From positions 1 to 57,892 of the IMG/VR virus record IMGVR_UViG_3300022821_000022: DNA of 57,892 nucleotides. One strand, given 5' to 3'. Position numbers and translations under genes: made by a program. The stretch is from a virus. Its lineage: Duplodnaviria; Caudoviricetes. The notes below the pieces were generated by a model that did no database searches, was not told the DNA's origin, and was given only the letters and a program-made list of their open reading frames with translations. Positions 8,096-17,561 of the stretch are shown in pieces. Every line of letters begins with the position of its first letter. Positions within the stretch are counted from its first letter, which is position 1.

Positions 8096-10404
8096 TGGAC
8101 GGTGCCCGTGGTTGAGATATTCGGGTTAGGCGCTGTGGCCTTAACGACCATTTGGCGCTGCGTCAGGGCAGCATCCACGGCGGTCGCCCGCTCCTTGGCG
8201 GCAATCTCACGGTCCTTCTGGGCTAGGCTCTCACGGTTTTTGAGTAGATCCGCCTGTATCTTCTCCATAGAAAGGCCCGAAGTCTGGGACAACTTCATCA
8301 TCTGGGTCTCGCGGTCCATTACGGCCTTGTCCATTGCGGTCTGGCCGGCCATTCGAGCTATTTCCAGCTTAATTTCATCTGGCGAAGGCGGTGGCGGTGG
8401 CGCTGTGGCCTGCTTTTCTTCTTCCTCGGCCAATTCCTCGTCCGTCATAACCAGTTTAGAGGATTCAATCATCATGGTCTTGGAGAGCTCGCGTAGGCCG
8501 TCCACATGCTTGATATATGGCGCGTACACTTCGCTTTCTCCGAATCCTCGCAGGAACTCAGTGAGGTTCTTGGACTGCATATCCCGGACCAGAAGCACCG
8601 AAGATCCACGGGCCTCGACCTCCATATCTCCCTTGATATGCTCTTTAGGGTTGTGCTGCATGTTCCAGTGATAATTACGAGTCAAACAGGGTACGGTGAT
8701 CTTATCGTCCCAATTTCTGACCGCATCACGGAATATTACATTCGCCGCATTCATGAGCATACCGCGGCCTTCTGCGGTCTCTACATGGGCCCCAGCTTCT
8801 CCCTGGGCGACCAGCGGCAGGCTGATTTCCTCGTCCAGGAAAACCATAGCCAGCTTTACGACTTCCAGCAGATATTGAAGGTTTGACGGGGTATTGAAGC
8901 TCTCAAACGGCGGTGCGGACCCAGGAGGAAGGGTCTTTCCAGTCTGGTATAACCAGGCCTTCATCCCTCTCAGGTGCCAATCGCCGTCGGCAGGCTCAAG
9001 GATATTCTGGTTAATAACGATCTGATTGCCGACACTGATATCGGCGTTATCCATCATCATGCGCCATGCGGCGTTAATGATCGACTGGGCGTTGCGGGCC
9101 AGATATGGCACCCCAAACCCGAATATGGACGTGGTATCCTCGACGAAACAGGCCGCAGAGTAGACAGAATCGCCGGAATCCAGAGGATGCGGCCCCAATT
9201 TGAGTGGTTTTCCGTCACTAAACCAGAGAACGACCTTCTGTTCTACGAGCGGGTCCTCCTCCTCTAGCGTGGATATAACCGTCGCGGCATCGTTCGGGTT
9301 CATAATTGATCTGGCGATAGAGTCTATTTCAGCGCCAGTTAGCGGGCCGTGGTATTCCCAGACAATATAACGATTTTCAAGCGAAACATTCTGGTTGTTG
9401 GTGATTTCCCGGATGCTTTGGAGGTAGTTCGGCGCCTGCTCCATCGGCTTGCTTTTGAGGAGCTCGCGGATCTGATTGCGGTCGAAACCGGGCTTTCTAG
9501 CCAGTTTTCTAAGCTGTGACTTGGTATAGGCGTGGCGTTCGTAGAAGAATTCGCACTCGTCGATGGTCCGGGCGTTCATATCCGGGAAGAAGTCCCAGGG
9601 GTCTACGCGGTTCCATTCGGGGCGTGGGTCGGTCTGTACGTCTAGCTTCCATTCGCCGTCAGCGACGGTCCAGCCACCCCGGATACGGCTTTTACTGAGC
9701 GGGCCCTTCATAACGACCGTGCCGATCTTGGTCATATCCTTAATACCGACGCGGCATTTCTCGCCAAACTTGGACTCTACAAGCTGGTCCTCGTTTTCCT
9801 TCTCCATCGCCTCGCCGACGGTCTTGGCTTCTTCAAGTTCATGGGCTGCCTCAATAGCGGCCTGGGCGAAGGGTTGAGCCTTGGCGGCCGCCTCCTTCTC
9901 CTGCACACGCATATTGTCGGCGTATTCCTGGTCGATCGCGGTCGATGCGAGCTTGCTGTAGAGATTGGCCTGCTTAATGAGCTTCCGCGATTCAGCGCGG
10001 GATTTCTCTAGCTTGTTGTTCAGTGTGGGTACGGGCGTTGGGCCCATGGCCCAGTTCTTGTCGTCTGTCGGGAAAAGAATATCCCCGATTCTCGCGCTCC
10101 AGGCGTTTGTTTTCGGTCTGGTTAGGTTGGCGAACACCTTGGACTGCTTGGCTGCGTCGAGGGCGGCCTCTGTTCCTGGCTCATATCTGCCGTGGTATTG
10201 GCGTAAATCTTGAATCCACCGCTGTTCGATTGAGGACTTCTTGCCGACCTGCTCAAGGGCTTCCTTGTCCAAACGGTCGCAAATAGCGGCCACAGCGGCA
10301 GTTGTGCGCTCTCTGTCCTCGGTGCTCATGGCTTCGATTTCTTCCGCCAGGAGCTCGATTATATTCGGTTCAGGAAGTACATCCTGATTCTGGGAGGTCG
10401 TCAT
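8092..10404 (-). CDS. Portal protein (P22-like podovirus type)
   Basis: 770 aa; ILFPTDDKNW, VDPWDFFPD, FGFGVP, MMDNA and IKGDMEVEARGS motifs; C-terminal coiled-coil barrel. Confidence 0.88.
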   Translation of the reverse strand: MTTSQNQDVLPEPNIIELLAEEIEAMSTEDRERTTAAVAAICDRLDKEALEQVGKKSSIEQRWIQDLRQYHGRYEPGTEAALDAAKQSKVFANLTRPKTNAWSARIGDILFPTDDKNWAMGPTPVPTLNNKLEKSRAESRKLIKQANLYSKLASTAIDQEYADNMRVQEKEAAAKAQPFAQAAIEAAHELEEAKTVGEAMEKENEDQLVESKFGEKCRVGIKDMTKIGTVVMKGPLSKSRIRGGWTVADGEWKLDVQTDPRPEWNRVDPWDFFPDMNARTIDECEFFYERHAYTKSQLRKLARKPGFDRNQIRELLKSKPMEQAPNYLQSIREITNNQNVSLENRYIVWEYHGPLTGAEIDSIARSIMNPNDAATVISTLEEEDPLVEQKVVLWFSDGKPLKLGPHPLDSGDSVYSAACFVEDTTSIFGFGVPYLARNAQSIINAAWRMMMDNADISVGNQIVINQNILEPADGDWHLRGMKAWLYQTGKTLPPGSAPPFESFNTPSNLQYLLEVVKLAMVFLDEEISLPLVAQGEAGAHVETAEGRGMLMNAANVIFRDAVRNWDDKITVPCLTRNYHWNMQHNPKEHIKGDMEVEARGSSVLLVRDMQSKNLTEFLRGFGESEVYAPYIKHVDGLRELSKTMMIESSKLVMTDEELAEEEEKQATAPPPPPSPDEIKLEIARMAGQTAMDKAVMDRETQMMKLSQTSGLSMEKIQADLLKNRESLAQKDREIAAKERATAVDAALTQRQMVVKATAPNPNISTTGTVQ

Positions 10405-10451
10405 AAGATTTAGGAAGGTAGACTTAGGCGCTTTTCGTCAAGGATATTGTT

Positions 10452-10901
10452 TCAGTGCCCGCCGCTCACAATCTTGGAATAGGCCTTCCAGCCGTCCTTT
10501 GTGATCCCCGAGCGGATCTTTCCTTCGATCAGGCCCAGCGTCATATGTCCCTGTTCAACCAAGGCTATAACGTGATCGACGGCGGCCTCTTTCGACCACC
10601 CCGTAATCCCAGCGATTAGCTGCACCCCGTTATCATCCATGAGACCCTGCCGGATGGTCTGTAGGTCGAACTCTGCGAGAGCGGTGGCGTCGAATTTAAC
10701 GACGTAGGCCTCGGAATGCCGATCCCCAAACTCTGCCCGTTGCTCGTCGGTCTGGTCCAGGTGGTCAAATGTGACTTGCTGGGCCTTAGCTCTAAACCCG
10801 GTGGCACTCAGCTTGTCGGGCGTGATAATGGCGGGGCCTTTTTTCATTCCTGATTGAGCCGCGCTACCGTCCAGAAGGCCCTTCTTGATTGGGGTTTTCA
10901 T
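10452..10901 (-). CDS. Hypothetical protein
   Basis: 149-aa ORF coupled to the upstream gene. Confidence 0.6.
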   Translation of the reverse strand: MKTPIKKGLLDGSAAQSGMKKGPAIITPDKLSATGFRAKAQQVTFDHLDQTDEQRAEFGDRHSEAYVVKFDATALAEFDLQTIRQGLMDDNGVQLIAGITGWSKEAAVDHVIALVEQGHMTLGLIEGKIRSGITKDGWKAYSKIVSGGH

Positions 10902-11323
10902 GTTGAGACACTCATTGCCAGCGCGAAGGCCATACCCATAGAGATACGCCTATCGCCGACTATTATGGTTTCAGGGACTTGGCCTGCTATAGCGACCTTG
11001 GGTTCGTCTATCACCCTCGCATCGACCACCATCGGGAAGTAGCGCCGCAGCACGGTAATGATCGGCTCGGCTTTTGAGGGCTCTGGTAGGTTATAGAGGG
11101 ACGTAAACTTAATGCCGTCGATACTGGCATAAACCGCTTGATATCCGTCACGCTTGAGGCGACCGGATAAGACAAGATCCCCGCGTGCGATCGACACCTG
11201 CTCTGTTGTCATACCAAGCAGGGCGCCAAGGGCCTTGTTATTGCCGCTGCACCCCTTTCCCTCCTTTGCTGCGTTCCTGAGGTAACGGGCCAGCTTCTCT
11301 TTCATCGCTCGACGTGCAGACAT
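10898..11323 (-). CDS. Hypothetical protein, possible HTH
   Basis: Start placed at ATG 11323 after an AGGAG RBS; NNKALGALLGMTTEQVSIARGDL resembles a helix-turn-helix. Confidence 0.55.
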   Translation of the reverse strand: MSARRAMKEKLARYLRNAAKEGKGCSGNNKALGALLGMTTEQVSIARGDLVLSGRLKRDGYQAVYASIDGIKFTSLYNLPEPSKAEPIITVLRRYFPMVVDARVIDEPKVAIAGQVPETIIVGDRRISMGMAFALAMSVST

Positions 11324-11331
11324 AAACACTC

Positions 11332-12957
11332 CTATGGCACTGGTGCCCTTGGTGGGAATTTGGGTTTTGCTTTGGGGACTTCGTAAGTCACGGGCTCCGC
11401 AAAGGTCAGGGCTATGGCATCCCATTCATCGGGAGACCGTATACCGCGTGCCCGCATATCGTCTTTGGATTCCAGCTTTATGCGCTGGTTCATATCGTAT
11501 TTGTAGTGAGGGCCAACGGCGTCAGACTGCAATGAATCACTGTCTGGTATGTCAGCCCCGCCTACCTGCTCCAACCAATCCCGCGATCGCATCCACATTT
11601 CTGTGCGGCGGTCTTTCGGGCCCGGTCGTTTCTCCATCTTCTTGCCGGTTTCAGACTTGATCCATATATCAGGCTCTTGTGGCGCTCCGCCAAAGTTCAC
11701 AGGGACACAGATTTTCTTATACTTCTCGCCCCAGGAGCACAAAATATCGAAGGTCCCAGCACCCAGGCCGCCCACGTCGATAAAGAATTTAGCGGGCTTA
11801 TGGTGGTCAATCTGCTGTTTGCACCAGTTCGCGCCTTCGACCACATCGAGCTTAATTTTGCTCTCAATGCGGCGGACCTTGCGGCCCTGGCGGTAGGCTA
11901 TACTAAAGCGATCGTTACCGTAGCGAGCGGGATCAGCACCCATAACAAGCGGCCCGAAGCCATCAGCCACGGTCTTGCGGGCCCGAGCAACCAGAGAGGC
12001 CTTAATGTAAGAAAGGTCTGTCGATACGTTGAAGGCCTCGGTCGCGGTCGCGGGGTATTCCTGCTGGAATAGGTTGACATCCTGTAGCGCGACAATTTTA
12101 TTGCGGCGCCATAGCATCTGAGAGAGTTCGAGGTCGTATAGATCTCTGTATTCAATCTCGTCGTCGTCTAGCTCGTAAAGCACACCCTCTTTTGGCTCAA
12201 TCCGGTATTCCGATTGCCAGAACCAGGGGATAAAGATTGGGATATATTCGGAGAGGCCCGCTTCGGCGTCCTGCCACATCAAATGGAACAGGTTGCCCAT
12301 GCCGTTCGCGGTCGATTCCAGGATTACTTCTGTGCCCACGGCGTCAGGTATGGCCTGCATAACCCCAGCGGCGTGCTCGTCGGCATTGGGCCAGAAAGCG
12401 ACCTCGGAACCGTGGAAATACTGAATTGTGCCGGATCGGCCGGCGGCGCGGGTGCCTGCGGTAGAAACACGATATCCACTGTCCAGGGCCGAGAAGTCGA
12501 GTTCCTTGGCGTTCGCCGCACGGGTCGGTGGATGGTCTGGGTCATTCTCCCAATATCGGGTCGTCATTTCAAACAGGTTATCTGTGGCGGCCTGTTCGTG
12601 GGTCAGGATAAAGGTTCTCACGCCCTTGTTGTGGGTGGTCCGCCAATAAAAGCGGCCTTCCACGTAGGTCGAGCACCCTTGTTGTCGCCCCTTCAGGATG
12701 ATCGCCCGAATCTTGCCGGTTTCTTCTAGCTGCTTTTGAAGGAGAAGATGGATATGGAGTTGAACACGGTTTAACCGGAAGGGCTCTAGGGCGCCCTCTC
12801 CTGCGGTGACGTTCTTGGTGCGGATTCTTAGATTGTTGGCAGCGTAACTATTGAAGTTTTCGCTTATCTGTCGCCGTTCGCGCTCCGCTAGGAGTTGCCC
12901 TATCTCGTAATCCTCGTTCGAGAATGGCGTTGTCGATAGCTGCGTCGAGCTCATCAC
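11332..12957 (-). CDS. terL: Terminase large subunit
   Basis: ILKGRQQGCST Walker A, HGSEVAFW Walker B, ESTANG coupling motif, GADPARYGND and SPDEWDAIALTF nuclease motifs. Confidence 0.95.
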   Translation of the reverse strand: MMSSTQLSTTPFSNEDYEIGQLLAERERRQISENFNSYAANNLRIRTKNVTAGEGALEPFRLNRVQLHIHLLLQKQLEETGKIRAIILKGRQQGCSTYVEGRFYWRTTHNKGVRTFILTHEQAATDNLFEMTTRYWENDPDHPPTRAANAKELDFSALDSGYRVSTAGTRAAGRSGTIQYFHGSEVAFWPNADEHAAGVMQAIPDAVGTEVILESTANGMGNLFHLMWQDAEAGLSEYIPIFIPWFWQSEYRIEPKEGVLYELDDDEIEYRDLYDLELSQMLWRRNKIVALQDVNLFQQEYPATATEAFNVSTDLSYIKASLVARARKTVADGFGPLVMGADPARYGNDRFSIAYRQGRKVRRIESKIKLDVVEGANWCKQQIDHHKPAKFFIDVGGLGAGTFDILCSWGEKYKKICVPVNFGGAPQEPDIWIKSETGKKMEKRPGPKDRRTEMWMRSRDWLEQVGGADIPDSDSLQSDAVGPHYKYDMNQRIKLESKDDMRARGIRSPDEWDAIALTFAEPVTYEVPKAKPKFPPRAPVP

Positions 12958-13504
12958 CAGTTAGCTCCCTCAAAAGAGACCCGGCGCCTACTCCCGGTTT
13001 GTCGCCCGCCGCGGGCTGCTGGAACATTTGCAAGTGCTTCCCGATGTCGACCAGGGCACCGCGCTTGTCCGCCAGCTTGAATGTAACGGTTCTCTCCATC
13101 GAGCCCCCGGATTGCCCGGTTTTCTCTATAATCTTCACTTCGCCAATGGCTGCGGCCTGGGCCCGCGTAATAGCTGACATATCCACGCGCAGCATACCGT
13201 CCGCATCTGGCTTCACGTAATCGAGCATGTTCGAGAAGCCCAAACGGCAGAGTTCCTTCATTACGTCGTCTGCTTTGACGCTGCACCGCTCGCTGCGTTT
13301 GTCTATTTCCCGCTGAATAAAGGCCTGGGCCGCGATTGTTTGCACGATCTTCCAGCCGGTTTTCACGTTGATCTTGCAGGCCTGGGCGGCCCGAGAGATC
13401 GACAGATCCACCATGTATTCCTCTAAGAAACGGCGGTGTGTAACCGTAAGACCGTCCTTGTCTTTTCTTTGAGGCTTCGCTTTTGGTTTGGGGTCTGTTG
13501 CCAT
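12848..13504 (-). CDS. terS: Terminase small subunit
   Basis: RFLEEYMVDLSISRAA HTH, LGFSNMLDY and KLADKRGALVDIGKHLQMF motifs; upstream of TerL. Confidence 0.9.
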   Translation of the reverse strand: MATDPKPKAKPQRKDKDGLTVTHRRFLEEYMVDLSISRAAQACKINVKTGWKIVQTIAAQAFIQREIDKRSERCSVKADDVMKELCRLGFSNMLDYVKPDADGMLRVDMSAITRAQAAAIGEVKIIEKTGQSGGSMERTVTFKLADKRGALVDIGKHLQMFQQPAAGDKPGVGAGSLLRELTGDELDAAIDNAILERGLRDRATPSGARTATDKRKLQ

Positions 13505-13521
13505 GGGTCAAAAGCATATGC

Positions 13522-14841
13522 TTACCGATTAACAATATCAAGAATCGCAGTCGAAACGGACTCGGCCATGCGGGGCGCGTCCATCATGTATTTGCCAATC
13601 CACACACCAAACGCGGTGCCGTGCGTTATCCGTAGGGATTCGTCCTCATGTAGCTGTAAGGCCAGTCCGCAATAGGCGGCGGTCCCCTCGACCCAGGGCT
13701 GGAGACCATAAAAGACCTCGCGGGCGCCATCCTCCCAGGTTGCCTGAACGAGGGCCGAGGCGCTTTGTTCCTCTGCGGTTTTCTCGTCATGCAGCCAAAC
13801 AACAGGTTTGTACGCTGCCATCGCCTCATAGGCGCAATGTCCGGACTGAAACGGGAAGGTGTCGAGATACACGTCGATCACCTGGGCCCAGAGCCGGGTA
13901 TTGACCCAGCCAAGGAAGGACGTGCGTTTATCTACGCCATGTTCTGCGAACTTGCGCCACACGGTATCCTCGCGCCCGGTGTAGACAAATATGGAATCCG
14001 GGCAGTCTTTCAGGATGGTAGCGACGGCCTCAATATACTGGTCTGACATTTTCTCTGCCCGCCCCATCCAACCGAATATGGTTTGAACCCCTATGCCTTC
14101 CCTGATTTCAAGGGCCCGCTCTGTTTGGCTTTCGTCAAGCAATTCAGGCAAAGCGGTGTAGGTACATTTCCACGTCCGGCCCGCGATTTCCTTGGTCTCG
14201 TCGAACGGGTGGCAGGCGTCCAGGTAGCCGTCTATGGCACCGACACTCAGGCCATGCCACTTATGCGCCCACCAGATATGTTTCGGAGCCACGCCTAAAG
14301 CGGTGGCGAAGGCCATCGACTGCACGACGGAAACGAACACCATAGCGTCGAGGCCGTCCCTAATGCTTATATCCCGAAGCTCTAGCCATGAGTCGAGCAG
14401 GTTCTCGTTGAGGATATGCTTGACCGTGTGGCGCTGAAAAGCCTCGTCGAATTCGGGGTTACGGTCGCCAAAGGTGTAGACGATCGGCAGAATACTGCGG
14501 TTGCCCACTTCGCTGCCCACTTCGCTGCCCAATTGGGCAAGCGCATCCAGGAAGGTAAGCAGATTGACGCTATGGGCCAGGAGCGTAGCGGTCGGCATGA
14601 AGAACCCGATAGCGGGCGGCAGCACACCATCGGCATAAAGACCGCCATATCGCCACGGATTCTCGGGCCCCTTTGGCATTAAATCGCGCCGCATACGGTT
14701 CCCCGCCTCGATCAGCGGGTACTTCATCACACCATGATAGGCCTCGAAGGCTTCCGCGCTGTCCGTGGGGCTCTTAGCCATTCCCGACGTAGCCGCTTCC
14801 ATAGCGAGGGCGTCGAGGGCAAAGCCGTAGGCGTCTTTCAC
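13522..14841 (-). CDS. GT-B glycosyltransferase, GT41 (OGT/HMW1C)-like C-terminal catalytic lobe
   Basis: FGWMGRAEKM and IDVYLDTFPFQSGHCAYEAMAAYKPVV resemble the DxxLDTFP...EAxxxGxPVV signature; no TPRs visible. Confidence 0.7.
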   Translation of the reverse strand: MKDAYGFALDALAMEAATSGMAKSPTDSAEAFEAYHGVMKYPLIEAGNRMRRDLMPKGPENPWRYGGLYADGVLPPAIGFFMPTATLLAHSVNLLTFLDALAQLGSEVGSEVGNRSILPIVYTFGDRNPEFDEAFQRHTVKHILNENLLDSWLELRDISIRDGLDAMVFVSVVQSMAFATALGVAPKHIWWAHKWHGLSVGAIDGYLDACHPFDETKEIAGRTWKCTYTALPELLDESQTERALEIREGIGVQTIFGWMGRAEKMSDQYIEAVATILKDCPDSIFVYTGREDTVWRKFAEHGVDKRTSFLGWVNTRLWAQVIDVYLDTFPFQSGHCAYEAMAAYKPVVWLHDEKTAEEQSASALVQATWEDGAREVFYGLQPWVEGTAAYCGLALQLHEDESLRITHGTAFGVWIGKYMMDAPRMAESVSTAILDIVNR

Positions 14842-15797
14842 GTTGTCGGGTCCGCCTCAATCCGGCGTGTGGCCCATTGGCCGACATTCTGCCTGTACCA
14901 ATCGACGGTCTCACGCAGCCCACCAAGCCATGTGGTTTCTGGTTTCCAGTTGAGATCTCGTAGGGCTCTGGTGTTGTCGCACCAATGCTTATGGACCTGT
15001 CCCGGCCGATCCCCGATATTTGCCGGGAATAGGGAGCTTTCCATAATCTTAGACACACACTCAGCGACGTTGTTCACGGAGACAGCGTTGCCGGTGCCTA
15101 GATTGTATACCCGTTCCCGCGTGTGCTCGGTCATAACGGCGTTAATGCCCTCAACCAGATCATCGACGTAGATGTAATCCCGAATAGCCTCGCCGTCGCC
15201 GTGGACTGTCATAGCCTCGCCGCTGATATCCTGGGTGATAAACCGAGGAATCAGCTTCTCCGGGTGCTGGCGAGGGCCGAAGCAGTTGAACGGCCGCACA
15301 ATCTTGGCCTTGATTCCGTAGGTCTCGATATACGAGTAAACCGTGCGATCGGCGCCACACTTCGCAGCGGCGTAGGGGCTCATTGGGTTCAAGGGGTGGT
15401 GCTCATTCATCGGTCTGGTCACGTCCCAATCGGTGCCGTAGACCTCAGACGTGGAGATATGGATTAGCTGGACCTCGGGATTGCGGCGCACGGCCTCGCA
15501 TACGGTCTGTGTGCCGATCACGTCGGTCTCGAAGAACAGGCGGCTATTCACGATAGACCGGGCCACATGGGTTTCAGCGGCGAAGTGGACCACCATATTG
15601 ACCTTGTGAACCAGATCATTGACCAGCATCACATCGCAGACGTTTCCGTAGATGAAGGTCGCCCGAGGGTCGAGGTTGTCCTGTAGTCCCGCGTAGGTCA
15701 GGCAATCCAGGACCAGGACCTCATGCCCAAGGTCGCACATCAGATTGACGAAGTGGGAGCCGATAAACCCGGCGCCCCCGGTGACTAGAATTCTCAT
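14838..15797 (-). CDS. rmlB: dTDP-glucose 4,6-dehydratase
   Basis: VTGGAGFIG, LTYAG, HFAAETHV, STSEVYG, YAAAK, FGPRQHPEKLIP and DRPG motifs. Confidence 0.92.
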   Translation of the reverse strand: MRILVTGGAGFIGSHFVNLMCDLGHEVLVLDCLTYAGLQDNLDPRATFIYGNVCDVMLVNDLVHKVNMVVHFAAETHVARSIVNSRLFFETDVIGTQTVCEAVRRNPEVQLIHISTSEVYGTDWDVTRPMNEHHPLNPMSPYAAAKCGADRTVYSYIETYGIKAKIVRPFNCFGPRQHPEKLIPRFITQDISGEAMTVHGDGEAIRDYIYVDDLVEGINAVMTEHTRERVYNLGTGNAVSVNNVAECVSKIMESSLFPANIGDRPGQVHKHWCDNTRALRDLNWKPETTWLGGLRETVDWYRQNVGQWATRRIEADPTT

Positions 15798-15823
15798 ACT
15801 TATGGGACCTATTCGTTAATGGG

Positions 15824-16513
15824 TTATTGTGCGGTGAACCTAAACAGGCTGGCCGGGACCAGAAGCCCCAGCGTGGAACGGTCTGCCACCCCAAAGGGGC
15901 GCAATAGATCGGGGTCTGGCGGCATGATCTGGACAAGGTTAGGGCCTATCAGGCTTGCCATATTGGTTACACCCTTCTCGATACCCTCAACGTCGTCGAA
16001 GGCGTAGATGGTGTCGGAGCCCGAAAGATCGGCAATTAAATCGACATCTTGGGCCTGTAGCCGCCCGTCGAAAAAGAAAAGGTCTATTTGTTTATGGCCG
16101 TGCAGCTTCACGCGCTCGAACATGACCGGGGACATTGTTTTCGGGTAGGTAATAACGGTTGGGCCTGAATGGCGGTTTAGGTCCTTTTCGCTCAAGCAAG
16201 CATTGTTGCCGTCGCATGTATGGATTGTACCAGCCTGGACCATCCCCGAAGCCATGGCGAAGGTGGACTTTCCGATATAGGTCCCAATCTCACAAACCGC
16301 AGTAGGTTTGATATATGAGGTTAAAAGATGGAGCCATATTGCTGTCGATAGGGGGATAGACCCTGTTTTCTCAGCCATAAAGTCCTCGGCAGCTTCGGCA
16401 GTCCGGCTGTAGCCCACCATCCCATCGTGAACCTTGGCGACACGAAACGCGCTCAACCGAAGCAGCCGCTCCCAGAACAGCTTGGACAGGTCGTATGTTG
16501 CGATATCAAACAC
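15824..16513 (-). CDS. Class I SAM-dependent (O-)methyltransferase, Methyltransf_24-like
   Basis: CEIGTYIGKST motif I, IDLFFFDG and FDD motifs. Confidence 0.8.
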   Translation of the reverse strand: MFDIATYDLSKLFWERLLRLSAFRVAKVHDGMVGYSRTAEAAEDFMAEKTGSIPLSTAIWLHLLTSYIKPTAVCEIGTYIGKSTFAMASGMVQAGTIHTCDGNNACLSEKDLNRHSGPTVITYPKTMSPVMFERVKLHGHKQIDLFFFDGRLQAQDVDLIADLSGSDTIYAFDDVEGIEKGVTNMASLIGPNLVQIMPPDPDLLRPFGVADRSTLGLLVPASLFRFTAQ

Positions 16514-17561
16514 CCAGCATCTCCCTCAGAGTTATGACCTTGATATCTCCCGGTATCTTGGCCTTGATTTCCTTCTCGTATGTCAGAGACATAATCAGCA
16601 TCACGTCGATAGGATCGGGGCGACGGAGAATGTCAGCCGCGCTCTCGATCATAATATCCACGCCATCAAGCCACTTGCCCGCCATACCGTCGTCGAATAG
16701 CCGGTAGCGTTTCAGGAAGTCTTGATCCCGGCAGTACGGCAGGAATCTCATGGGGCAGTAGATCCCGACGCGCTGGCCCGCTGCGTCGAGAGACATAAGC
16801 AGGTTTCCGACGTGGGCATAGTTCCGCGTAGCCTTGTTGATAAACGCGCCGAATGTTTCATGTGAAACAGGACTAAAATCTATTACCCGCGTTGTTGGCT
16901 CACCGACCACATACAGCTTTCCTCTAACATCGTGGAGGCTTATCGGGTCCAGGCCAGCGGCGGCGAAGGTTCTTCGGATTGAGTGTGTAGTGAAGTAGCT
17001 TAGGTGCTGTCCCTGGGCCATTGATATATCACCGAACGCGACCTCGGCGGTGCAGTCGGGCACGACAATGAAGATTTTGCCTGACTTCCTCAAAAGAGGG
17101 ACGCATGATTTAAGAAACGCTACCGGGTCCTCAACGTGCTCAAGAACATGGTTAGCGATTACTTGATCGAAGTGCTTGTCTGGTGGCTGGCGGTGCCGTT
17201 CCTCTGCTGGGACAGGCCATTTCCCAACCCAGGCCGTGTGCTCGGCACCATGCTTTTCAATGTGATCCCCTAACCATCCCGTACCAGGACCAATCTCAAA
17301 CACCTTCAACTTTTCTGCTGGCGTGTACCTATTCTTGAGGAACTTGTCGTAGTTATCAGTCGCGCCCAGGTTCTCGGACCCGTGCTCATAAACCTTGTCC
17401 AGGGCGTTCATAAGCTCGGGATAGATATGCTGGCGAACGAGCCTGATATCGTTGTCGTAATCCCATGTGAAGTCTGCCCGCGCCGGTATTGCCGGGTCAG
17501 GTGTTGGAATTGAGGGGTCCGCGTTGAGGCGCCAGTTAAACGGCAGCTTGGGGATAATCAT
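16506..17561 (-). CDS. SAM-dependent methyltransferase, sugar C-methyltransferase-like
   Basis: FEIGPGTG, FDQVIANHVLEHVEDP and QHLSYFT motifs, then a Rossmann-like tail; start at ATG 17561 (ATGA overlap). Confidence 0.75.
   Translation of the reverse strand: MIIPKLPFNWRLNADPSIPTPDPAIPARADFTWDYDNDIRLVRQHIYPELMNALDKVYEHGSENLGATDNYDKFLKNRYTPAEKLKVFEIGPGTGWLGDHIEKHGAEHTAWVGKWPVPAEERHRQPPDKHFDQVIANHVLEHVEDPVAFLKSCVPLLRKSGKIFIVVPDCTAEVAFGDISMAQGQHLSYFTTHSIRRTFAAAGLDPISLHDVRGKLYVVGEPTTRVIDFSPVSHETFGAFINKATRNYAHVGNLLMSLDAAGQRVGIYCPMRFLPYCRDQDFLKRYRLFDDGMAGKWLDGVDIMIESAADILRRPDPIDVMLIMSLTYEKEIKAKIPGDIKVITLREMLGV

Noticed and set aside
10405-10451. Sigma70 promoter before the portal gene (TTGACG on the minus strand)
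   Set aside because: No -10 element at 16-18-nt spacing; too weak to call.
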